NCBI GenBank assembly: GCA_965644265.1
Contig: OZ286461.1
Span: 97,030,001-97,094,000, forward strand
Source: Glycera tridactyla
Taxonomy: Eukaryota
DNA: 64,000 bases
Direction: 5' to 3'
The notes beneath the pieces are model-generated. The model was not told where the DNA came from, did no database searches, and saw only the letters and a list, made by a program, of their open reading frames with translations. The translations under genes and the position numbers were made by a program. This document shows positions 11,217 through 21,174 of the stretch, in pieces (position 1 is the stretch's first letter; the number at the start of each line of letters is the position of its first letter).

Positions 11217-12991
11217 ATGGTGCGAATTCTAGCATCAGGTGAAATAGTTCAGGATGATGACCCACGGGCACAAGGAGGCGGAGGGAGAGGTGCGACAAAT
11301 AGAGGGAGTCAACAGCCAAGACCTCGCCAGGTACATCTTAATCAGAGTCATGAATGACAACCTGAAAACAAGCATTCCTTGATTCAAATATCTAGTTGTA
11401 CCATTTATATTTCATGTTCATGCTTTCAGAAAGTGAATGGGAGGGTGGGCCATTTTGTGTTAGCAATGATGCCTTGACGGCATATTCGGCACACTCAAAG
11501 TACATCATGAAGAAATATTTGTCTGTTCACAATGTAACAATACATGTTATAAATCTCATATGTTGATTTTGCCGTCACATCAGGGAATTCAGAGGAGTGA
11601 GTAGAGTTGAGTTCACTTTCAGCAATCAGTTATTATTGCCCCAGTCCAGTTGTTGTGAGTTGCCATGAAAGGTCATTCCTTGAGAGTATTCATAACAACT
11701 TTGCTCAGAAGTAGAAATGGAAAAAGTTTAGGGAAAACTTGATTCACTGGGATGTGGCCGCATAACACATTTGATAGTGGAAAGATAGATATGGCATGAT
11801 TCACTTGTGAATATTTTTAGAGAGAGTTACATGGTAACAACTCAGCAATGTCTTTAAAGGTCTGCAAATCAGAAGTTTGTGGAAAACAAAATTATGTGCA
11901 TAACCAGTAGTGCATCACCGTTCATGCCAATCTCCACTGACTTACTGTGTTATTACTAGCCATTAGATTGCTAGCATTGGACTGAATCTCTTGACATTTG
12001 GCTGAAGAAATTGACACGGCATTCGTGTACCAGGGAATTCGCTGAAATCTGTCCTGAAGTTTCTAAGACAGATGCTAGTCAGAATATTTGGTAAAGAATT
12101 TCAACATACGGTTGAACCTCCGCAAGAGACCACCTGTCAGTAATAGACACTATGAGTTGTGACCATGAAAGTATTTTCAACAGTGAATGACCTCTTTACA
12201 AAGGCTACTTCTAGATATGATCGAAGGTGGTGTTTCTAGACAGGTTCAACTATTTCTGAAAAATCTACTTAATCTCATCGGCATCATTGTGAAGTGAGAC
12301 AAGCCACACAGGCCCATCCATCATTTAGAGTGGATCGATAGGGAGACCAAATTAATGAATGGTACTTATGAATTATGATAGGGCATGGACATCATGGATA
12401 TATTGAAACATCAGTCATGTCTTGTATGATGAAGTTGTTCATCTATTTTGTATGGGGAGACTGAGTTGATGAAAGATAGGAATCATGGTATATACAAGTC
12501 AGTGTGCATATGGTGGAAATGGATGTACACCTCAACTAGAGGTTTCCTACAGCCTTCGGTCATGTCATGCATGATGATGTATTTCATCTACTTTGTAGGG
12601 TGGTATTGGAGGCATTCCACAAGAGCCGGTCGACCACATGCCGAATCCAGGTGAGAGCGTATTTGACACGCTGAACGAGAAGGCAGCATCTATTGGAATT
12701 CCTCGATGGAACCTCGGACCATATGTAGTAGAACCAATCATATCTGTGGCCTTCATTCTTCTCCTGATTTTAATAGGCATCCATGGACTTCTTTTTGGTA
12801 TCCTCCTATTTGTAATATGTAAATGGAGTGGGGGTGGAGGAGGACCTGGGGCGGGATGGCAAGGGTGGATGGGTGGTAATATGGGGGGTAGGGATGGTGG
12901 TGATGGGGGTGGGGGTTCTGGCAATGATAATCCAGGAAGAGGGGGTCGAGGATGGTCCAGTGGCGGAGGCCAGAGACTCGGCCACTCCTAG
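11217..12991 (+). CDS. FAM241B: FAM241-family (C10orf35/C4orf32, DUF4605) small membrane protein, ~168 aa. Coding exons 11217-11330 and 12599-12991; non-coding exon 1 probably ends at 9924.
   Basis: The N-terminus MVRILASGEIVQDDDPR is nearly identical to my recollection of human FAM241B (MVRILANGEIVQDDDPR). The core SVFDTLNEKAASIGIPRWNLGPYVVEPIISVAFILLLILIGIHGLLFGILLFVICK matches the DUF4605 pattern. The phase-0 intron is GT-AG (CAG|GTACAT ... TTTGTAG|GGT). Assignment to paralogue A versus B is not meaningful in an invertebrate. Confidence 0.9.
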
Positions 12992-13046
12992 TAGAATTAT
13001 ACATGTATCTATATTTTCTACTGTATATATTTCAATTGTGATCGTG

Positions 13047-13260
13047 CAGGGCACGACGTTGCTACCTGTGGGTAGCCAATGGCTACCAAATTTACCCCCT
13101 GGTTACCATATTTTGAAAGTTAGGAGCCAGCTGCCCCTAAAATTTTGAGAGATTGTAATAGGAACTTATTGACTGGTTACCAAATTTTTGCACTGGCTAT
13201 CAAAAATTTCAACTTTGGAGCCAGGTGGCTCCTGAATATTTTGAGCAACATGGAGCCCTG
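13047..13260. mobile_element. hAT-type MITE with CAGGG termini and a 5-bp TSD, just 3' of the FAM241 stop
   Basis: CAGGGCACGACGTTGCT versus the reverse complement CAGGGCTCCATGTTGCT; flanks TCGTG and TCATG (one CpG-type mismatch). Confidence 0.7.
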
Positions 13261-15584
13261 TCATGATTATAGAATTTTTCTGTGAAATTGGGAATCAATT
13301 TGAAAGTTGGAGAAGCGGATTTGCTGCACTGAATCCAGTTCTAGCAATATGGTCCAGTCAAGCCATGAATATTCCCAAATCAGGAATATTATGAGGCCTA
13401 AATTTCAACTCCTCATTGCCTAGCTAAGTTATTATTTTCAAGTGCCTAGCAAGAGTGAAAATATCATTGTTTTCATGTCGTAGATGATAAAGCTGGTGAC
13501 TTTGAGTTGAGTGACGGAGCTCTCCAAAGTGAAAACAGATGCCAGAGGGGTTAAACTACATGTATTCTTAATCTGCACCAAATGCGAAGCATTTAATGAG
13601 ATACTTCCTTGACACTGATTCAACACCCATTGGAATCTACCCAATGCCTACCGATCGCCCCATTTCCCTTTTTATCATGTGATCAATCTTCATAGGCATT
13701 CAATGAAAATTGTCGTGACAGGATCTCCTGCTTATTTCTCACGTAATTCCCATCACCATTCCATCATTTATTCTCTTATTCCTCAATCTTTTTCCACTAT
13801 TCTGATGAGTATGATTCAACATTTTGTACTTGGTCATTCAAGGCATCTTTGTGAATATTTTTCAAATGTTTTAATAGCTTTGACATGTTATCTGCATGTA
13901 AATGTGTACATGTATTCAAGTTAGCAATGCTTGTTAGGATGACTCCAACTTGTTTGTGTGTTTATGGTCAAGCAGGAGTCGGTGTCAAAACATTGTAGCC
14001 AATGTTGGGTATTTCTGTCTTCATTCTTCACTGTCAGCATTTTTAGTAGCCAGGAATGAATAATTTACCAAAAAATCATCGGGAAATATTCATCCAAGTT
14101 GATACAAATTTCCCACCTAGTTTTTTCCAAGTGTTTTGAGCATCTTCAACCCATCCATCAGACAGGTAAAATCAAATTCACCCGCCCACTAGGGAAACAT
14201 GTCTCCTCACATTCTGACATATGAATGGAAGTCTGACCTCTGCGATAGTTTGTTTCCCTTAGAGATTCAGGATGATGCATGTGGACAATGTCAAACCTGT
14301 CTGAGTGACTACCTACCTACAATGGGCAACATGAGCTGTGATTGTGATTGTATTTGTAGACATGTAGCCCTCATAGATAGGTTTTCCACCATAGAATATA
14401 TTATCTCAGTCTCCATTCAGGGTCGCCTTTGTATAGGGGTGTTTCTTGAGCAGATTTGACTGATATACAGTACATCTTTGGTTTGGGATCTGTGAGGTCG
14501 CTGTAGTAGATGATGAGGCATCCAGGTTGTGTGAATCTGGGCACACAGCATACATTTCACTTGGATTTCAATTTGCTGTTAAACTTCAGCCAAATACTGA
14601 AATGTTAATGTAATCTCTGTGTATGACAAGTATGACAAGGCACATGTATCCTCAGTGGTAAAAAAGTATATTTGATTCTGTGCAATATATGACGCTCTTG
14701 ATGTTTATAAATGTGTGACAATATTCCATCTTTTTAATTGACTATTGATTGATAATGTACTGTACATGTTTTGTGTGAGAGTTGATTAAAGGATTTAATG
14801 TTTCTTTGTTGTATTTTCAACTTTTCATCCATGTTCTTCTTTATAGTACACAAGTGTATAGAAACAATATCATACTCAATATAAAGTTGATGATGGATTC
14901 ATTCTGTACACCTTGCACTAGTCAGAGACTGTGCTGCGTTGGGGATAAAGGTGATGTAATGTTATTCTGTATTTCCAACCTAGTTGAAATCTTCCCATGA
15001 TTCTGAATGCTGATATCAAACTACAATCCAAAGATTGATTTTTTTTGTTTTTGCTATATTTCCTTTTAATGTGGTCATTATCATCAGTGCCATCACCAAC
15101 AGCAGCCATTGTAGTGATGAAACATTTAGTTCATTGCACCACCATCACCACCACCACCACCATTATCATCATCAATTAATCAACATCAACTCATGCTCAC
15201 CTACTTTAACCAGAAATGACACCTCTAGTGTGTGTGAATTCAATAGATTACATGTATCTGAAATGACAGCTTGGGTGTCTGTGATTTTCATATCATTTCA
15301 TCTTCCATTGGGGTACCACAAAGAGTTTTGGATGACCTCACCACATGGTGCTGATCAGCACAGAAAAATACAGTGATGCCAACCATTACAATTCTGGGGT
15401 GATGATTACACTTATTGAGCCAAGACTTTAGCATAGTATGCGTAACATCAGTCCAAGAAATTTAAGAATCACTTTTTTGATCATTGCAGAAACTGCCATT
15501 ATTACTCCTGAAAAATGGTATAATTATTGATTTTTGTCATCAAAGGTTGGCAACCCTGAAAATATCAACCAATCAATCAGTATC

Positions 15585-15750
15585 GGTAGGATGTGGGTTC
15601 AGGGTCTCTGCAGATAAATTTTTGCCTTCTGTTAGTGACCCAAAAGGAGGAGTTTTGAATGATCCCACCCATGCCCATTGCATGGGCGTCACAATATAGC
15701 ACAGATGGAGCTGATGGGACGTTAAACCCCCGACAAAACAAGCAAAAAAA
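15585..15750 (+). mobile_element. SINE 3' two-thirds preceded by a sequence resembling the 5' leader of the long retroposon
   Basis: GGTAGGATGTGGGTTCAGGGTCTCT is followed by the SINE body and tail. A separate SINE 5' fragment lies at ~15260-15345. Confidence 0.7.
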
Positions 15751-16224
15751 CTGGAGCAGAATTCCATTTTCATGTTAGCACATGGGACGAATGCAGACTG
15801 TAGGGAAACAAAAACTATTTACATGGCAGGGACATGCGGAGAGAATAACACAACGTGCCAAATGTCCCACTCAAGGGAAAAACAGTGGGACATTTCAGAA
15901 AAGAGTGGGACACACTCACAGAACATCAGAAATCAGGCTGAATAGGGAGTTTTTCACCCCTCACCATTATGGAATCAAGAAATAAAGCAGTAATTGAAAA
16001 AAACACAAAGTTATTTTGTTTATGCTTTCTTTATCATCAAAAAATAAATCTACAATACAAATGCATTGTTTTGCGTATCATCAGCATTGAGAACACAGAA
16101 CATAAAGTATAGCGCAGTATTTGAGATGTGCGATATTACATGACAAGATACAATGCATAAAGTTATCCCTATTTGTCAAGACAGTTGAAGACACAGGGTA
16201 TTGCTGGCTGGAAGCTGACAGGTG

Positions 16225-16457
16225 TGGACTAGAAAAAGATAACTATTTGTCAGCATTTCAGTTGCTCAGGTCTGGACTAGAAAAAGATAACTATTTGCCA
16301 GCATTTCAGTTGCTCGGGTCTGGACTAGAAAAAGATAACTATTTGCCAGCATTTCAGTTGCTCGGGTCTGGACTAGAAACATTTGAAACATTTGATTTTG
16401 ATGGAGTCTGGACTAGAAAATGATAAATACATGTATTTGTCAGCATTTCAGTTGCTC
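16225..16457. repeat. 48-bp tandem repeat (x3 plus a variant) in the hAT 3' region
   Basis: TGGACTAGAAAA starts at 16225, 16273, 16321, 16369 and 16409; the unit includes the transposase stop-codon region. Confidence 0.9.
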
Positions 16458-17959
16458 TTAGAAAAGATCTTGCGGGCTGATGCATTTCGCCAGCACTTGA
16501 GGGCTCCATCAAAATCAAATGTTTCAAACTGCCCTCCCTCAATTTGGACACGCATAAGCTGATCACAGTGTGCAGAAGACAATCTGTTCCGCATAGCGGT
16601 AGTAGTCTGGTTCTGCACACTGAAAGTGCGCTCGCAATCGGAAGTGTGCACTGGGTGAGTGAGTGCAAGACACACAATGTACCGCAGATTGGGAAATGAA
16701 TCCCCATGGTGAGTGGCCAAGAGTTCCCACAGAGCTGACATTGAATCAGTCGCAACTGATTCATACCTGAGGGTCTTGACCAAAGACTTGCACATGTGCC
16801 ACTCACCCATGATATCTGAGACACTTGCTGCAGGAATGAATGGTGGAGACTTGAAAGTCTCATTTTGAAATTCATGAGTTTGCTCATTTGTGTAAAACAA
16901 TGCCAAATCCCGTACCTCCTCATCACCCCACTCAAGGAGGGCAGTTTCACTCATGAAAGTGATGCCTCTCAGACCCAGCATACCAAATTTGGTCATGCTG
17001 TCTGTATCGGGAAACCTAGCATGCAGTCCATCAAGCATGGCCTGCAAGAAATCACGGCGGCAAATGTGAGAGTGGGCAGCATAGGCCTTTGATACTTTAT
17101 GATGGCCTTTGAAGACACCGCCAACCAGATCACTGCTCAAAGCATCAGCATGCATGGGCTTGCCGAGTGGGTTTTGTTCATCACGGAGCTGTTCAAGCGC
17201 CTTGATGCAAGCCTGAACATTTATTCTCACCAAACTAATGTCAACGTCTTTCTTCTGAAAAAAGAGGTTCAGTTTCATGATTGGTTCTAGCCAATCTAGC
17301 ATCGAGTATGCTGTACGGATGAATAATTCCTGGCCTATCTTTCTATTCAAACCAACGGCTCTAGGGCAGTTCTTAGTAGCCAAGTAAGTCATCAGACTAT
17401 CAAGGGTTCTAACTACCGATTCAAGTGCTGTGTAAAAAGATAACCAGCGAACCTGGTGCACTTCCCTATACTTTAAATGAGGTTCATTTAATATGTTTTG
17501 CACAGACTGCAGCCCCGCCACTTTCGTTGGGCTCATCTTGAAATAGTAATAGATTGATGTGATAACATCTTTAAAATCCCTGATGGATTTTACTTTATCT
17601 GCAGCATGCTCAGATATGAGGGCTGTGCGGTGAGCACTGCAGTGCGTACCTGAAACATGTGGATTGGCCCGCAAGAACTGCCCAAGTAGACCATTTTTCT
17701 TGCCAGTCATGACGGCTGCACCGTCAGTCCCTAGCCCATACACTTTTGACAGGGAAATGTTCCGTTTTTCTAGCTCAAATTTGATGGCATTGAAAATGCC
17801 CGAACCTGTAGCATCACCAATATATACATCAGTTAAAAAATGTGTCGAGGGATGCAATGTGATAGGGTTCACCACTCTTATATTGATCGCAAGCTTGTGA
17901 TTTACTACAATGTCCGTGCTCTCATCTGTCAACACTGTTATTGTTGGGGAAGAAGACAT

Positions 17960-20932
17960 ATGTATGACAGTCTATGTAAGGAAAAATTATCCAGTGTGGA
18001 CATTTTGAGTGCAGATGATCCCATTCAAAACTTCACAGAGATAATGCATGGTGTAGCGTTACAAACTATCCCCAAGACCTCTCCTTATCAAGGACAGGCT
18101 TCCAAACCATGGTTTAACGATGATTGCAGAGAAGCTATTGATGAAAGGAAACAAGCACTGAAAGACTTCTCCAGAAGACCTGCTGCGGACTTATTGACTG
18201 AGTACAAAGTACTGAAGGCGAGGTCTCGTAGGACATGTCGCAGCAGTAAGCGTCACTGTTGGAGGGAGTTTGTATCAGGACTTAATTCAAACACACCCAT
18301 CAATAAGGCTTGGAACATGATTCAACGAATCCGTGGAAAGGGTAGAGGCCCACGAATCCACCATCTAAAAAAAGATGATCATCTGATCACGCAACCTCAG
18401 GATATTTCGGAATCACTAGCATCACAATTTGCACAAAATTCATCTTCTGAAAATCACTCAGAGGAATTTCAAAATTATAAAGAAAAGGCTGAAGGAAAAC
18501 AACTTGATCTAACATCTGATAATACAGAAGAATATAATCAGCTTTTTTCGATGACTGAACTAGAAACTGCATTGAATGCATCCCATGATACCTCCCCAGG
18601 GCAAGATGAAGTCCATTATCAAATGCTGAGACATCTGCCAGCCTGCTCTTTGCAACTGATGCTCGATATCTTTAACCAAATTTGGGAGACTGGATGCTTT
18701 CCCACTTCATGGGCAGAAGCCATCGTCATCCCCATAGCAAAGCCAGGTAAGGATCCATTTGATCCTGTAAATTACAGACCAATAGCACTCACAAGCTGTG
18801 TCTGTAAGACCATGGAAAGAATGATAAATAAGAGGTTGGTTTGGTACTTGGAGTCGAATGACTTGCTAACACCATATCAGAGTGGTTTCCGGAAGGGCAG
18901 AAATACACTGGACAACCTGATAAGGTTTGAGACATTTATTCGTGAGGCCTTTGTTCAGAAGCAGCACTTAGTTGCAGTTTTCTTTGACATGGAGAAGGCT
19001 TATGACACCACCTGGAGATATGGAATTATGAAAGATCTACTCAAAATGAACCTTAGAGGCAGAATGCCTATTTTCATAGAGAAATTTTTGAGGGATCGGT
19101 CTTTCCGTGTCCGAGTTGGATCTACCTTCTCAGATAATTTCGACCAGGAAATGGGGGTCCCACAAGGAAGCATTTTATCAGTTACCCTTTTCAGCATTAA
19201 AATGAATAGTATTGTTGAATGCCTCTCCCAGGACACCAATTGCTCCTTATATGTAGATGACTTTCTTATCTGCTATGGAGCTAGACAAGTTCGGGTAGTG
19301 GAGAGGAAACTACAGCAAACCCTATACAAACTTCAAGACTGGGCGGACAAGAATGGCTTCAAATTTTCTAAAACCAAAACAGTTTGCATGCATTTCTGTA
19401 GATCAACAAGGCATCATGATGAACCAGAGCTCTTTCTGGGTGGATCAGCAATACCAGTAGTGGAACAAACAAAGTTTCTAGGCCTGGTCTTTGACCGACG
19501 ATTGACTTTCAAACCCCATATTCAGCAACTCAAAGTCAAATGCCTGCGGGCACTTGACATGCTGAAAGTGCTATCCCACCTGGACTGGGGAGCTGACCGG
19601 GAGACCCTGCTCATGGTTTACAGATCTCTTATTCGATCTAAATTGGATTATGGGTGCATGATTTACGGCTCTGCATGCCCAACCAACCTCAAAATGCTTG
19701 ATACAGTCCATAACCAAGCTTTACGCATATGCCTCCGAGCTTTTCGGACATCACCTACTGAAAGCCTCCATGTGGAAGCCAATGAACCTTCACTTCATCT
19801 ACGAAGGATAAAGTTAGGTCTCCAGTATTGTCTGAAATTGAAAGCAAACCCATCGAATCCAACACATGAGAGTGTCTTCAGGCCTAAATATAAACAGGAA
19901 TTTCAAGAAAATCTCAACGTCATTGCTCCTCTTGGAATAAGATTCGAAAATCACTTTGGAAGTTGTGACTTTGACACACTCCCAATATCACAGATGGATC
20001 CTGCTCAGATTGCGGACTGGAACTGTGACATTCCACAAATACATCTAGACTTGACTCAGTCCACAAAGGAGAACACCAACCCATCGCTATACAAAAGTAG
20101 ATACCTAGAGATTAGGTCACGTTATAGTGATCATGAGGCCATCTTCACGGATGGATCCAAATGTGACAGCAAAGCATCTGCAGCTGTTTATACAGAATCA
20201 CAAACTTATTACTGCAGATTACCTGATTGGTCAACAGTGTTCTCAGCTGAACTGAGGGCCTTACTAATGGCTTTCAAATACTTATCAAGGTCGGAAAAAC
20301 AAAAGTTCATAATTTTCACAGACTCCCTGTCATCTCTGCAGGCCTTGCAGGGAAATCTCAGGAACTGTATACTCTTGCAAATCTTGCAAGAGTATCAAAA
20401 AATCAAAGATCATCAAAAGACTGTTAGACTTTGCTGGATTCCGAGCCATATCGGAATTCCTGGAAATGAGGCAGCCGATAAAGCGGCCAAAAGGGCTCTA
20501 GGCTTGCCAGTCACTGAAATGGAAATCCATTATTCTGACTTCAAGCCAAGAATAAAGCTCTATATTGACCAACTCTGGCAGAATGAATGGGGAACCAAAA
20601 AGCGAAATAAATTGTATCGCATCAGACCAAAACTTGAGGACAGATTCCCTGTGAGAACTATGAATAGAAGAGAGGAGATAGTACTTTCCCGTCTGAGGAT
20701 AGGACATACATATCTCACCCATTCACACCTTCTGAAAAAACAAGGCAATCCTAATTGCTTTGCATGCGGATGCCGTCTCACAGTTAAACATTTGTTGCTC
20801 GACTGTAGAAAACTATCGCAAACTAGAGTGAAATATTACAATGTTGAAAATATGACGCAACTTTTCATGAAAATCGACCCAACAGACATATTTGATTATT
20901 TGCATGAATTGGGAATATTTAGACAGATATGA
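17960..20932 (+). CDS. LINE ORF2 fragment (RT + RNase H + zinc knuckle, no endonuclease). The first ~40 aa of the 17840-20932 ORF are antisense hAT sequence.
   Basis: Similarity to the second LINE copy begins only at ~17960 (compare 38823). Confidence 0.85.
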   Translation: MYDSLCKEKLSSVDILSADDPIQNFTEIMHGVALQTIPKTSPYQGQASKPWFNDDCREAIDERKQALKDFSRRPAADLLTEYKVLKARSRRTCRSSKRHCWREFVSGLNSNTPINKAWNMIQRIRGKGRGPRIHHLKKDDHLITQPQDISESLASQFAQNSSSENHSEEFQNYKEKAEGKQLDLTSDNTEEYNQLFSMTELETALNASHDTSPGQDEVHYQMLRHLPACSLQLMLDIFNQIWETGCFPTSWAEAIVIPIAKPGKDPFDPVNYRPIALTSCVCKTMERMINKRLVWYLESNDLLTPYQSGFRKGRNTLDNLIRFETFIREAFVQKQHLVAVFFDMEKAYDTTWRYGIMKDLLKMNLRGRMPIFIEKFLRDRSFRVRVGSTFSDNFDQEMGVPQGSILSVTLFSIKMNSIVECLSQDTNCSLYVDDFLICYGARQVRVVERKLQQTLYKLQDWADKNGFKFSKTKTVCMHFCRSTRHHDEPELFLGGSAIPVVEQTKFLGLVFDRRLTFKPHIQQLKVKCLRALDMLKVLSHLDWGADRETLLMVYRSLIRSKLDYGCMIYGSACPTNLKMLDTVHNQALRICLRAFRTSPTESLHVEANEPSLHLRRIKLGLQYCLKLKANPSNPTHESVFRPKYKQEFQENLNVIAPLGIRFENHFGSCDFDTLPISQMDPAQIADWNCDIPQIHLDLTQSTKENTNPSLYKSRYLEIRSRYSDHEAIFTDGSKCDSKASAAVYTESQTYYCRLPDWSTVFSAELRALLMAFKYLSRSEKQKFIIFTDSLSSLQALQGNLRNCILLQILQEYQKIKDHQKTVRLCWIPSHIGIPGNEAADKAAKRALGLPVTEMEIHYSDFKPRIKLYIDQLWQNEWGTKKRNKLYRIRPKLEDRFPVRTMNRREEIVLSRLRIGHTYLTHSHLLKKQGNPNCFACGCRLTVKHLLLDCRKLSQTRVKYYNVENMTQLFMKIDPTDIFDYLHELGIFRQI

Positions 20933-21174
20933 ATCGTGTGCATGCTAACCCAGTGCATGCCGACTGGGATATCAAAGGCCGGCCGTGCTGATAGGAGTCT
21001 TTTCCTTGACGCACGTTAAAGATCCACTGCTGTCTTTCGCAAAGAGTAGGGACGGCCCCCGGCAGGCAGTGACTCTTTTCTTCAGCATTTTCAGTTTTTT
21101 TTGTTTTTTTTCAGTCCGATATAACCCAAGTGGGTTTAAGTGACGTTAAACTTAAACAAACAACAAACAAACAA
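17960..21174 (+). mobile_element. 5'-truncated RNase-H-containing LINE (I group, Nimb/I-like), young copy
   Basis: Uninterrupted ORF to 20932 with RT (GVPQGSILS, LYVDDF), RNase H (IFTDGSK, AELRAL, FTDSLS, WIPSHIGIPGNEAADKAAK) and a C-terminal CFAC...H...C knuckle. The 3' UTR ends TGACGTTAAAC-(AAAC)n. ACAT is duplicated at 17956-17959 and 21175-21178. The APE domain is missing. Confidence 0.95.

Noticed and set aside
12565-13148. Antisense and alternative-frame ORFs over FAM241 exon 3
   Set aside because: They are shadows of the Gly-rich coding exon.
17840-17959. N-terminus of the 1030-aa ORF as a real LINE or novel fusion domain
   Set aside because: These codons are the antisense strand of the hAT transposase. 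The upstream ATG is a chance in-frame start, and LINE homology begins at ~17960.
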